Under the pieces are notes generated by a model. That model was not told the origin of the DNA and made no database searches. It saw only the letters and a list, made by a program, of their open reading frames with translations. DNA of 64,000 nucleotides from an uncultured cyanobacterium (GTDB lineage Bacteria; Cyanobacteriota; Cyanobacteriia; Cyanobacteriales; CAWUOF01): assembly GCA_963744145.1 (NCBI GenBank), contig CAVUSO010000001.1, forward strand, positions 4,864,001 through 4,928,000. Direction: 5' to 3'. The first letter of the stretch is position 1. The number at the start of each line of letters is the position of its first letter. Positions 50,707 to 60,235 of the stretch are shown one piece after another. A program made the position numbers and the translations under genes.

Positions 50707-51471
50707 ATGTCCAACTATCAGAACTGCAATTTTCCCCCATTCCATGAAAAGCTAGAAATGTACTTTCCTGGTGCTTTACCTTTAGCTAAGTATATAGAGC
50801 AAACTTTTCAGGATATGAGCCAATATGGGTTTCAAACTGATAACACCCTGGGTGTGATTGCTACTTGTCGTGATGAAATTACTCTACCTTTCGTCAATGA
50901 AGCGATTAAATACTGGGGAAAAACTTTTGATTTTTCTAGCTTAGGTGGTTTTGTATTAGCGGGAAAAACAGGTATAGCTGCTCTTCTGAGTCATACTCCT
51001 ATGGTTAATAATATTGGACGTTTTGTGTTTTATGCTATGCCTCATATTGCTATTTCTAGACATGGACAAATTGGTAGTGTTCGACGAGCAGGAATCGAAA
51101 AATTGACCCATGCTTGTGGTTCACTTATGTCTATTATTCAAGAACTTGAGTCAGGTCATATCAATTTTCAGATTGATCCAGATGATGTTGAACAGGGTAA
51201 AATTCGGCAAAAAATTCTTTCTAATATTCACTATGGTGAGATTTTGGATCAAATTAAAATTACTAAGTTAGCTAGTCAAATTATCCAGGATGATCTCAAA
51301 CGGATCTTAACTGTGGTTGATTCTTCCATTTATCACTATGGAGTTTTTACAGGTATTTTAATTCACGGTCCTCTTGATACTGATTGGATTTACCCTCAAA
51401 ATCAGTATGTAGTAATGAATAATGTTTCTAGCTTATCAATGAATGTTGGTTTGTCTACACTATCCCGTTAG
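50707..51471 (+). CDS. LCIB/LCIC-like (theta-class carbonic anhydrase family) protein
   Basis: YFPGAL, ATCRDEI, LGGFVLAGKTG, AMPHIAI, HACGSL (candidate Cys-His-Cys zinc ligands), TGILIHGP. Confidence 0.8.
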   Translation: MSNYQNCNFPPFHEKLEMYFPGALPLAKYIEQTFQDMSQYGFQTDNTLGVIATCRDEITLPFVNEAIKYWGKTFDFSSLGGFVLAGKTGIAALLSHTPMVNNIGRFVFYAMPHIAISRHGQIGSVRRAGIEKLTHACGSLMSIIQELESGHINFQIDPDDVEQGKIRQKILSNIHYGEILDQIKITKLASQIIQDDLKRILTVVDSSIYHYGVFTGILIHGPLDTDWIYPQNQYVVMNNVSSLSMNVGLSTLSR

Positions 51472-51488
51472 AATAATTAGCTGGCTTC

Positions 51489-51875
51489 ATGGAAAATATC
51501 AATCTATTAGGCATAATCGCGATCGCGATCGGTGCTGTTCCGGGTGCATTGAGTCGTTATTATCTGACTGAATTCTGCAAGAGCAGGATGGGGACACAAT
51601 TCCCCTATGGCACATTTATTATTAATTTTACTGGTTGTCTATTCATGGGATTTTTCTTTACCTTATTTAGCCAGATCAAAGGATTTCCACCAGCAATAGA
51701 CTTATTAGTTAGAACTGGTTTTTTAGGTTCTTATACCACTTTTTCTACCTATGGCTATGATACATTAACCCTCTGGCGCAATGGCAAAGTAGGAGCTACG
51801 ATTGTTTACTGGGTAGGTAGTGCAATTTTAGCAGTGATTGGAATTGAATTAGGTCGCTCTTTAGTTCTAAAATAG
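51489..51875 (+). CDS. crcB: Fluoride channel CrcB/Fluc, subunit 1
   Basis: GALSRY, FPYGTFIINFTGC, TGFLGSYTTFST. Confidence 0.92.
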   Translation: MENINLLGIIAIAIGAVPGALSRYYLTEFCKSRMGTQFPYGTFIINFTGCLFMGFFFTLFSQIKGFPPAIDLLVRTGFLGSYTTFSTYGYDTLTLWRNGKVGATIVYWVGSAILAVIGIELGRSLVLK

Positions 51876-51916
51876 CATTAGACAAGAAAGCAAAAGTCCT
51901 TATTGATCTATTTATT

Positions 51917-51979
51917 GACAGGCAAGATGCCTGTCCCACCAGAAAAAATCACTTTTGTGGGACAGGCATCTTGCCTGTC
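51917..51979. repeat. REP-like inverted pair between the crcB genes
   Basis: GACAGGCAAGATGCCTGTCCCAC...GTGGGACAGGCATCTTGCCTGTC. Confidence 0.8.
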
Positions 51980-52048
51980 CTATTTATTTTTGCTTTCTTG
52001 TCTATTGACAATTCAGCCATCGCCAGTTTACCTCTAATAATTGTGACC

Positions 52049-52462
52049 ATGCAAAATCCTGTTATTCGGACTATGATTGCGATCGCTTTAGGTGCGATCC
52101 CCGGAGCAGTAGGACGTTACTTGCTTACGGAATTTGCCAAAACTATAATTGGTAAAGATTTTGCCTATTATGGTACGTTTTTTATTAACATCACTGGCTG
52201 TTTTATCATTGCTTTTTTTTATACTTTAAATGAACAAAAGTGGAGAAATATTACACCAGAAATTCGGTTAATGATTGCTACTGGTTTTTGTGGTGCTTAT
52301 ACGACTTTTTCAGCTTACGGATTAGAAACTTTTACCCAAATAGACAAAGGTTATACAACCCTAGCTCTCCTCTATTGGTTAGGTAGTATGTTAGTGGGTA
52401 TGGTTGGGATTCAATTAGGTGTAATTTTAGGTCGGCTCAGTTCTAAACTTAGGTCTAATTGA
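52049..52462 (+). CDS. crcB: Fluoride channel CrcB/Fluc, subunit 2
   Basis: GAVGRY, YGTFFINITGC, TGFCGAYTTFS. I prefer the ATG at 52049 because the ORF-track start lies inside the REP. Confidence 0.92.
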   Translation: MQNPVIRTMIAIALGAIPGAVGRYLLTEFAKTIIGKDFAYYGTFFINITGCFIIAFFYTLNEQKWRNITPEIRLMIATGFCGAYTTFSAYGLETFTQIDKGYTTLALLYWLGSMLVGMVGIQLGVILGRLSSKLRSN

Positions 52463-52516
52463 GTAAAGCGATCGCAATGAGAAAGTTAATTATTTCCCAT
52501 TGCTAATCAATCATAA

Positions 52517-53122
52517 CTAAGCGGGAATTACCATCCCTCTTGTCACTGCGGGACGTTGTTTAACTTGATCGATCCAGCGTTTGACATGGGGGTAGTCATC
52601 TAAAGTTAAACCTTGCATTTCATAAATAGCAACCCAAGGATAAATCGCCATATCTGCGATCGAATATTCTCCACTAATATATTCTTGCTCTGCTAATTGT
52701 CGCTCTAAAACACCATAAAGTCTCAGAGTTTCTTTTTCATAACGTTCGATCGCGTATGGAATTTTTTCCGGTGCAAAGCGTTTAAAATGATTAAGCTGAC
52801 CAAACATTGGTCCGATCCCACCCATTTGAAACATTAACCATTCAATCACTTGAAAGCGTTTCTTTGGTTCTGTGGGTAAGAATTTGCCAGTTTTTTCAGC
52901 TAGATAGAGTAAAATCGCACCAGATTCAAAGACATTCATTCCAGAATCTGAGTCAACGATCGCCGGAATCTTGCTATTAGGATTAATCGCTATATATTCG
53001 GGGGTAAATTGTTCTCCCTTAGTAATATCAATTTTGTGGACATTATAGGGAAGCCCAATTTCTTCTAGCATGATAGAGATTTTACGTCCATTGGGGGTAG
53101 TAAAGGTGTAAAAGTCGATCAT
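52517..53122 (-). CDS. Glutathione S-transferase, YfcG/Ure2-like
   Basis: TPNGRK, INPNSKIPAI, FESGAIL, SIADMAIYPW. Confidence 0.9.
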   Translation of the reverse strand: MIDFYTFTTPNGRKISIMLEEIGLPYNVHKIDITKGEQFTPEYIAINPNSKIPAIVDSDSGMNVFESGAILLYLAEKTGKFLPTEPKKRFQVIEWLMFQMGGIGPMFGQLNHFKRFAPEKIPYAIERYEKETLRLYGVLERQLAEQEYISGEYSIADMAIYPWVAIYEMQGLTLDDYPHVKRWIDQVKQRPAVTRGMVIPA

Positions 53123-53304
53123 TAGATGCCGCTCTCCAAAATTGCAATAAAACTATTCGTGATCAGTTGAGAGTTAATCTTAATTGAGCAATCAGTTATA
53201 ATATTGATCGACTGACTTAGCTGGAATTTACTCAAACAGATTAAGCTTAACTTTTCACGAATAGTAACCGACTGATTAATTATGGACTATTTCTAGAGAG
53301 AACT

Positions 53305-53661
53305 TTATCCCGTAATTGTTACTTGATCAGATTCAACCTCTGTCGCACCGTTCACAGCTTCAGCGATCGCGACTAAACTATCAAGGGTATCTTGGGAGGG
53401 AACTTCGCCCTTTAAGACGACTTTACCACCAGTTTGGGCGACCCAAATAGTTTCAATTGTGGATAGATCTGAGTCTTGCTCAAAAGCCAAAGCTACTCGC
53501 TTGATCAAACCGCTTTCATCATATTCACCATTTAGCCCCACCCGTTCAGCTGGAATCGATTGAGATTGAGCAGCCTGATCAACTGTTGCATTAACTGATT
53601 CGGTAGATTGATCCGCTGGGGCTTGTGTTTCTTGTCCAAATAATCTTTGTAGCCAACCCAT
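53305..53661 (-). CDS. BON-domain (phospholipid-binding) protein
   Basis: GEYDESGL...VAQTGGKVVLKGEVP...VNGATEV. Confidence 0.8.
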   Translation of the reverse strand: MGWLQRLFGQETQAPADQSTESVNATVDQAAQSQSIPAERVGLNGEYDESGLIKRVALAFEQDSDLSTIETIWVAQTGGKVVLKGEVPSQDTLDSLVAIAEAVNGATEVESDQVTITG

Positions 53662-53685
53662 AATGATAATTAAATGAACTCTGTT

Positions 53686-54174
53686 TTAAAGATTAGCATC
53701 TTTTCGCACTTGGCAATCTTTTTTTTGCTCAATTGGTTTTGTCATCATTTCACGATTATTAATTTTAAACCCAGCTTGTTGATAAAGAGAGCGAGCTATA
53801 GGATTATGATGATTAACTTCTAAGTGCAGAGCTTTAATTTGTAAAGATTGACAATAATCTTCCAAAAAGATCAAGGTTCTTTTGCCAATTCCTTGACCAC
53901 GATATTGATCTTGGATATATAACTCATCAACAAAAGCAGTAAGTCCCCCATATTCTAAACTGTAGTAAAAACATATAACTACATAACCGATCGCTTGTCC
54001 CGATTTTTGGATTAGCCAAACTAAACCTAGGGATTGCTGACTTAATAATGTGGACAAAGCAGTTCGGGTAATATGGGGATCAAAAGCAATCTGTTCTAAT
54101 TGATAAAAGTCTTCTGTAAATGCGATCAGGATATCGATGTCAGTAGTTTTAGCTAATTGAAAAGTGATTTCCAT
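53686..54174 (-). CDS. GNAT acetyltransferase
   Basis: VDELYIQDQYRGQGIG, LEVNHHNPIARSLYQQAGF. Confidence 0.88.
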   Translation of the reverse strand: MEITFQLAKTTDIDILIAFTEDFYQLEQIAFDPHITRTALSTLLSQQSLGLVWLIQKSGQAIGYVVICFYYSLEYGGLTAFVDELYIQDQYRGQGIGKRTLIFLEDYCQSLQIKALHLEVNHHNPIARSLYQQAGFKINNREMMTKPIEQKKDCQVRKDANL

Positions 54175-54299
54175 TACTGAGGAAGATCATCTAAACTCTT
54201 TAAATTTATTTTAGCAAAAATCATTAGCAAGAATCATCTTTTTTGCCAATTTTGGCGTAATTGACGAATTTGCACCATTTCAGCTAACGAGCCATCAAG

Positions 54300-54467
54300 A
54301 GACCAGAAAGCAAAAATAACTCGGACAGTCAAGATGACTGTCCCACAAATCAATTAGACCAGAAAGCAAAAATAACTCGGACAGTCAAGATGACTGTCCC
54401 ACAAATCAATTAGACCAGAAAGCAAAAATAACTCGGACAGTCAAGATGACTGTCCCACAAATCAATT
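54300..54467. repeat. Three perfect tandem copies of a 56-bp unit containing a REP-like palindrome
   Basis: AGACCAGAAAGCAAAAATAACTCGGACAGTCAAGATGACTGTCCCACAAATCAATT x3. Confidence 0.95.
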
Positions 54468-54565
54468 TTTCCACTTAACCATTTTTCCCAGATTATAATT
54501 ACCAAAAACAGACCCCGTTAGCTTGAGCGGACAGGGACTTATTCTTATTACCATGGGTAGTTCTG

Positions 54566-55177
54566 ATGTTCAAAATTTACAACACAGAGGAACTCATTCA
54601 AATTTTGACTGATGAGCGTCAAGCTTGTCTCAATGGTCAGCGTCTGAACCTGATTGCTCCTCCTTCTGGGATCAATCCTTTAATTGACAAATTCCTGAAG
54701 CTAGAAGGAATTCAAAAATTTACCGCTTATCACGATTTTCGAGCTACTGTTCATAATTACCAAAGGGAATTCCTGGTTTCAGGTATTATTTGGCGTTTAA
54801 TAACGCTTAAAGGTAAAACTTTTCTCTATCCCCAAGTCCATGACCAGTTAATTGCTCTGCCCAGTGATCGGTCGGTTCTCAAAGCTGCTAAAGATGATAT
54901 CTTAGCATTCTGGCAGGAAATGACCGCAGATATGGATTTTTATCTGAGTGTGAATCATGGTAAAGATTATCGCCCAATTGTACATTCTGATATTGATCGA
55001 GTTGTGGCTCGGACTGAATGGGCGAGTCTGTTTAAGCATCGCAATGAATCTTTCCTCGAAATTCTGTTACAATTAGGCTGGGGTAAACCAGAAGAAGCTG
55101 AATATAATCGAGGATGGCCCAATTCTGGCAGTGAATATATTCATGCTGTGTTACCTGGACAGAAACCAATTTGTTAG
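54566..55177 (+). CDS. Hypothetical protein
   Basis: Clean 203-aa ORF; no motif recognised. Confidence 0.7.
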   Translation: MFKIYNTEELIQILTDERQACLNGQRLNLIAPPSGINPLIDKFLKLEGIQKFTAYHDFRATVHNYQREFLVSGIIWRLITLKGKTFLYPQVHDQLIALPSDRSVLKAAKDDILAFWQEMTADMDFYLSVNHGKDYRPIVHSDIDRVVARTEWASLFKHRNESFLEILLQLGWGKPEEAEYNRGWPNSGSEYIHAVLPGQKPIC

Positions 55178-55242
55178 CTAGCCCAGTGCTAAAAAAGTAG
55201 GTTGCTATTGAGTTATACTAATTTCATTGGTTGGATATGTTT

Positions 55243-55377
55243 CAATACGGTTCGGTTAATTGTAGGGGTGAAGCATTCGGGCGATAATTTATCAGCTCAA
55301 ACGAGTAATATTAGATCCGAATGCTTCACCCAACTGCCGTCGATATCTCCCAAAACATCCTTAAACGAACCTGATTG
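55243..55377. mobile_element. MITE-like element (same family as 42889-43092, opposite orientation)
   Basis: CAATACGGTTCGGTTAA...TTAAACGAACCTGATTG with internal GGGTGAAGCATTCGG...CCGAATGCTTCACCC. Confidence 0.65.
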
Positions 55378-55449
55378 GGATGTGTTTAGCGAATAGCCTA
55401 AATCAACTCTTAATTTAACCAATAGAAAGATGGTTAAACACACCGATTG

Positions 55450-55974
55450 TTAGCGTCCTAAGAACTGAGTCGCCATTTGGACAACGCTAGTAATATTGAA
55501 ATCACCTTCTCCCTGACCTTGTAAGAAAGAGTTCAGAACTGGATTTTCCCCACCTTGGGGATTTTCAGCATTAGCTCCAAATTGTAATAGATGCAGTACC
55601 AAGGGAACTAATATTGGTAAGAATGCTTGAACTACACTAGCATCTAGCCCAGTCCGCTCTTGCACGACCTGACTCACTTCTTGTTGTATAAAAGGAGACA
55701 AAACCGAGTCAACCGCTTCACTACTAGGAGAAGTACCCCCAAATTGATTTACCACATTTTGGACTGCTTCATTACCTTCTGCAGCTTGCTTCTCTTGTAA
55801 AGCAGAACGTACATAGTTACCCACAATCCCTAAAGTAGAATGTATTGTTGAGGGGTCTGTCCCTGCACTATTACTCAGTTGTTGCACTGTATTGATAATA
55901 TTACCGATCTGCCCCACATTGCCTTGCTGATTGGGATTTTCAATTGCACCGAGAACTTGATCAAAAAGTCCCAT
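55450..55974 (-). CDS. DUF937-like conserved cyanobacterial protein
   Basis: MGLFDQVLGAIENPNQQG...LVPLVLHLLQ...NPVLNSFL. Confidence 0.7.
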   Translation of the reverse strand: MGLFDQVLGAIENPNQQGNVGQIGNIINTVQQLSNSAGTDPSTIHSTLGIVGNYVRSALQEKQAAEGNEAVQNVVNQFGGTSPSSEAVDSVLSPFIQQEVSQVVQERTGLDASVVQAFLPILVPLVLHLLQFGANAENPQGGENPVLNSFLQGQGEGDFNITSVVQMATQFLGR

Positions 55975-56120
55975 ATATTTTCCTCCTTGTATAACACAAT
56001 AGTCCGGACAGTTTTTAGGTCTTAGGCTGAAACCCTTGATCTATCGTTGGTAGATCGAGAACAATAGAGATGCGAAACACTTATTCTACCGTTAGCAATC
56101 AAAAAATATCCGAAGTATGG

Positions 56121-58688
56121 CTATTTACATTCTCCAATTAATCCAAATCCTGCCCAATCTCTCGGATTGGGATATTTTGTCATGGTCGCGATCGCTGCTT
56201 TTCTCAGTGCTTGGAGTTTATCCGGTTTTTGTTTGAGTTGTTGATAAAATTCGCCCATAAAAAATGTGATCGGTTGCTCTGGACTAGACCATAAAGGTAA
56301 AATTACTGTAGTTACTCCACTAGCTAAAAGAGCAGTAGATAAACCCATTATTCCTGTACCACTAATTTGTCCCTGGTTCAGATTACCGATCGGTGGCAAA
56401 ATTCCACCTCGACTAATCACCACTAACTCAGCTTGCAGGTGGGGAGGTTTTTCTTGAGTGTATAATTCTAAAATTTCCCGAGCTGTTAATAAACCGTTAT
56501 CAATTCCAAATGGAGCGATCGCGATCGCTCCTGGTAAACCCATCCATTCCCAATCATCTAATAATCCATAGGTGGCTAAATGAATACTTTGGGCTTTTGG
56601 TAATAATGGTAATAGAGCTGCTTTGGTGGCTTTATTCCCAATTAAAGGTGGTTTAGTATTAAATAATTTTGCTATTTCTAAAACTTCCTGTTCTGCATCT
56701 AAAATTGGTGGTAATAGTTGTGATGCTTCTCCCACTGCGATCGGTATACTAGGCATAGTCGGATTTCCTAATAATAGCATCTGTTTACCGGAAAAATTTC
56801 GCTTGTGGGTACGACTAAAATCTAAAAGTTTAATTGCTGGGGTGAAAGCAATCGGATATTTTTCAATTAAATATTTACCGTAAGTATCAATTAACGCTGG
56901 AAATGGGATGGTTAGTAATTCTGGTGATGGGACGAAGATTACTCTAGCACTAGAGTCGGTAGGTAATAATTCTTTAATCGGGTTAATTAATAATTGATAT
57001 AGTTGGAGTAGAGGTTTCTTTTGGATTTCTAGAGCTGGAGGTTTACTCACCACACCTTTGGAGGAATTAAGTGCTAGAGCTGTACTCATCGAAGTGACAA
57101 CTTCTTTAATAGTATTCACTGGATAAATTGTGTTTTCGGCTTTGATTTTGATTTCCCGAAAGGTGATTTTTCCATTTGGGTCTACAATCCAAGTGTAGAT
57201 ACTGTCATCATCAATAATACTATACTTAACTATGGTAGCTTTTTGTTCTCTGGCGATTTGCTGAATTTGCTTAATTGTGATAAAATCAAATTGCGGTCTA
57301 GCGGTTTTCCAACCAATTCGGACTGGTTCAGACTTGAGTCGGATTTTTAATAAATCTAACAAATTTCTCCATTGTTCCCGTTCAGCTATTTCTAAAGCTG
57401 CTTCTGGTTGTTGTTGAGCAATGAGAAGTTGCTGGAGTCGATGATAACTCAAATCTCGATCGCGAAAATAATTAGGATGATCCGGATTAGCTCTTAATGT
57501 TTCCCAAATATTTAGAGCTGAGTCAAGATTAGTTTGAGCTGCTGTAAAGTTACCAGATTTTAGCCAAATTAATCCGATATTGTTGAAAATTTTTCCTGCT
57601 CCTAAGAGATCGTTTTTTTGTTGAGCGATCGCGAGTTGTTTTTGATAAAATTCAATTGCTTGGCTATATTGTTTCTGGTTAATATAAGCTTGAGCAATCT
57701 GGTTAACTACAATCGTTTCTCCATCCGGATCACCAATTTTTCGCACTACTTCCAACTGTTGTTGATAAAAATCGATCACTTCTTGGTATTTCCCTTCGGA
57801 TTCATAAACTTTCCCAATCTGTGCTAAAGCTTTATTTTCTGCATTAATATCACCAATTTTTCTAGCTAATTCCAATTGCTGCTGATCAAATCCTAGAGCT
57901 TGAGAGTATTGTTTTAACTGCTGATAACCTAATCCTAATTGACTCAAAAAATATAGTTCACTTTTATGATCTCCATTAGCTCTCGCTCTAGTAAGTTGCT
58001 CCGTATAAAATACATTTGCTTGTTGATATTCCCCAGATTCCTGGTAAACTGCTTCTAATTGACTTAAAGCATACATCTCTTTCGGTGGATCACCTTCTTT
58101 TTGAGCTTTAGCTAGTTCCTGTTGATAAAGTTCGATCGCTTGTTTATATTTCCCTTCGGATTGGTAAGTAATACCTGTATTACCTAAAAAAGCTGCTTCT
58201 TGAGGTGGGTTACCAATTTCTTTTCGGAGTGCTTCTGCTTGTTGTCGTAACTGTTGAGCAAATTTATTTTTTCCCAAATATAAGTAATTATTCGCGATCG
58301 CATCAATCACATTAGCACGAGCATCGCGATCGTCACTTTTTTCTAAAATTGCTAAACTCTGATAATAAAAATCAATCGATTCTTGATATTCTCCCAGATT
58401 AAAATAAATTTCCCCGATCCGGGATAGAGAATTTGCTTCTCCCTGACGATCGGTAAGATTTTCATAAATAACTAAAGCAGCACGGACTGACTCTAAAGCT
58501 TGCGATAATTGACCCTTTTTCTGTTGACTAATTCCTAATTCTAACAACCGATCGGCTTCAGTTTGATTCTGATCTGGGTAATTTTGGGATAAGAAATTAG
58601 GTATAGCTAATAAAATCTTAACATTCCCCGTCACAACCATGAATGTAGTCACCAAGGAAATTAATCCTAATTTTACCAATTTGTTCAT
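56121..58688 (-). CDS. Signal-peptide TPR + CHAT-domain protein with degenerate catalytic dyad
   Basis: Multiple TPRs. CHAT hallmarks present (LLLGNP, EQEVLEIA, LTAREI, LW, P.DWAGF), but HLATYG and VISRGG replace HLATHG and LSAC. Confidence 0.85.
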   Translation of the reverse strand: MNKLVKLGLISLVTTFMVVTGNVKILLAIPNFLSQNYPDQNQTEADRLLELGISQQKKGQLSQALESVRAALVIYENLTDRQGEANSLSRIGEIYFNLGEYQESIDFYYQSLAILEKSDDRDARANVIDAIANNYLYLGKNKFAQQLRQQAEALRKEIGNPPQEAAFLGNTGITYQSEGKYKQAIELYQQELAKAQKEGDPPKEMYALSQLEAVYQESGEYQQANVFYTEQLTRARANGDHKSELYFLSQLGLGYQQLKQYSQALGFDQQQLELARKIGDINAENKALAQIGKVYESEGKYQEVIDFYQQQLEVVRKIGDPDGETIVVNQIAQAYINQKQYSQAIEFYQKQLAIAQQKNDLLGAGKIFNNIGLIWLKSGNFTAAQTNLDSALNIWETLRANPDHPNYFRDRDLSYHRLQQLLIAQQQPEAALEIAEREQWRNLLDLLKIRLKSEPVRIGWKTARPQFDFITIKQIQQIAREQKATIVKYSIIDDDSIYTWIVDPNGKITFREIKIKAENTIYPVNTIKEVVTSMSTALALNSSKGVVSKPPALEIQKKPLLQLYQLLINPIKELLPTDSSARVIFVPSPELLTIPFPALIDTYGKYLIEKYPIAFTPAIKLLDFSRTHKRNFSGKQMLLLGNPTMPSIPIAVGEASQLLPPILDAEQEVLEIAKLFNTKPPLIGNKATKAALLPLLPKAQSIHLATYGLLDDWEWMGLPGAIAIAPFGIDNGLLTAREILELYTQEKPPHLQAELVVISRGGILPPIGNLNQGQISGTGIMGLSTALLASGVTTVILPLWSSPEQPITFFMGEFYQQLKQKPDKLQALRKAAIATMTKYPNPRDWAGFGLIGECK

Positions 58689-58709
58689 AATCTTGTTCCA
58701 GCGATCGCT

Positions 58710-58871
58710 TTAACCATTACCATATTTTTTTAACTTCAACTTATCAATTTCCTCCACCCAATTGCGTCGCTCAATATGTTCTAACTGAATAATTTCCTCT
58801 AAAGACCAGTGGAAATGAAACGCGATTAAAGCTACCTCTTCCCTGAGCGATTCAGAAGGATAGCTAATCAT
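58710..58871 (-). CDS. DUF6760-like small eCIS protein (tail chaperone second-frame partner)
   Basis: MISYPSESLREEVALIAFHFHWSLEEIIQLEHIERRNWVEEIDKL... (53 aa); ATGA overlap with the upstream chaperone; not in the ORF track. Confidence 0.8.
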   Translation of the reverse strand: MISYPSESLREEVALIAFHFHWSLEEIIQLEHIERRNWVEEIDKLKLKKYGNG

Positions 58872-59245
58872 TCCCCCATCAAAGCAAGTTCCACATCAAA
58901 ACGACTATTACAACTCGGACATTGGACTGGAATATAAGCAGATCCCTGCTGATTTAGTCGGTTATAAAATTCACGCAAATAAGCTAAATCTAAAGTAAAA
59001 AGCTGCTCTAAAATCTCCGGTGTCACTATAGATAAACTCCCCAAACGAGTAATCACCTGAGAAAGCATCACCAAAACTGCATAAGCTGAATTTTTCTGCA
59101 CTCTGTAGTCTTTTTGTAAAGAAATTTCATCTTTAGCAGTAGCCATTCTCATTTTTCCTTCCCGATGTACTTGTCCTTGGGAATCGACCAAACCTTTCGG
59201 TAGGATAAAATCGAATTCGGTTGTAAATGTATTTTGATTTACCAT
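58868..59245 (-). CDS. eCIS/phage tail assembly chaperone-like protein with CxxC
   Basis: FTTEFDFILPKG...HREGKMRMATAKDE...LFTLDLAYLREFY...CPSC. Confidence 0.82.
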   Translation of the reverse strand: MVNQNTFTTEFDFILPKGLVDSQGQVHREGKMRMATAKDEISLQKDYRVQKNSAYAVLVMLSQVITRLGSLSIVTPEILEQLFTLDLAYLREFYNRLNQQGSAYIPVQCPSCNSRFDVELALMGE

Positions 59246-59254
59246 GAGCGCATT

Positions 59255-59587
59255 TTATTCTAAATTAGCAACAATATTGTTAGGCGTTACATTTTCTGGT
59301 TCTAGCTCATTAATTTGACGATAAAAATTTTGCAAGTAATTCAAATCGCAAGTAAACAAATTTTCAATCACTGCGGTCGTAATATCTTCCAAGGCACCTA
59401 AACGAGTAATTACCCGAGCTAAAATAATTACTGTCGCATAAGCTGGATTTGCTTTCACCCTTGGATCACGCATGGGGGAAATTTCATCGATCGCTTTGGA
59501 CAACCGCATTGTCCCTTTGCGATGCAAATTGCCATCAGCATCAAGATATCCTTTTGGTAAGGTAAATTCAAACTCACTCGGAAACAT
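59255..59587 (-). CDS. eCIS/phage tail assembly chaperone-like protein (paralog without CxxC)
   Basis: EFEFTLPKGY...HRKGTMRL...DEI...LFTCDLNYLQNFY. Confidence 0.82.
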   Translation of the reverse strand: MFPSEFEFTLPKGYLDADGNLHRKGTMRLSKAIDEISPMRDPRVKANPAYATVIILARVITRLGALEDITTAVIENLFTCDLNYLQNFYRQINELEPENVTPNNIVANLE

Positions 59588-59589
59588 AA

Positions 59590-60081
59590 TTATTTATTAG
59601 TTGGAGTAACTCGTTTAAACTCATTAACAGCCAATTCAATTTCTTCGATTTCTAATTCATTTGCAGAAACCTTCACATCAGCAATATTATAGCTAACGGG
59701 CCAAGCCCCTTTAAATTCAAATCTTGCTTGTGCTTCTGCTGCTTGATTATAAATAGTTAAAGAACCATCACGACGCTGTTGTCCCCAATTTCCTTCCTCT
59801 ACAGATTGCAACCAGTTCCACAATGTCATCGAGGAAGTCATACCGCGTCGTAAAACTAGATTACTACTTTTACTATTACCAGGAATTTGGGTAGAAACAA
59901 TGTAACCACTTTTAGCTTTACTCCAGACTTGAGGAGTTACTTCGGAAATTTGGATGGTATCTTGAGTACGTTTAAAACCCTGACACTCCATAAAATAACC
60001 ATCAATCGAATCTACACTCCCATCAAGCTGGAGTTCGATATAAAAACGACAACTTGTCAATAATTCTGGTATTTTTGCCAT
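59590..60081 (-). CDS. T4 gp19-like tail tube protein (canonical eCIS type)
   Basis: FMECQG, IPGN, LVLRRGM, LWNW, RRDGSL, FKGAWPVSY, IEEIEL. Confidence 0.9.
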   Translation of the reverse strand: MAKIPELLTSCRFYIELQLDGSVDSIDGYFMECQGFKRTQDTIQISEVTPQVWSKAKSGYIVSTQIPGNSKSSNLVLRRGMTSSMTLWNWLQSVEEGNWGQQRRDGSLTIYNQAAEAQARFEFKGAWPVSYNIADVKVSANELEIEEIELAVNEFKRVTPTNK

Positions 60082-60134
60082 AATTTTATCGCTCTTTATA
60101 AAATATTTGGGATAGGCTTAAAAAACCAAACAAT

Positions 60135-60183
60135 TATAGATAGTTCTGACTTCTTTCTTAAAAAAAGAATAGAACTATCTATA
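60135..60183 (-). terminator. Long hairpin between tube genes
   Basis: TATAGATAGTTCT-N23-AGAACTATCTATA, 13-bp stem. Confidence 0.45.
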
Positions 60184-60235
60184 TAATATAATCGCTTGCT
60201 AGAAATAGCTTCGGTCAGAGCAACTCAACCGAAAT

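Noticed and set aside
54300..54467. Possible CRISPR array (regularly spaced palindromic repeats)
   Set aside because: The units are identical end to end with no unique spacers, and no cas genes are present.
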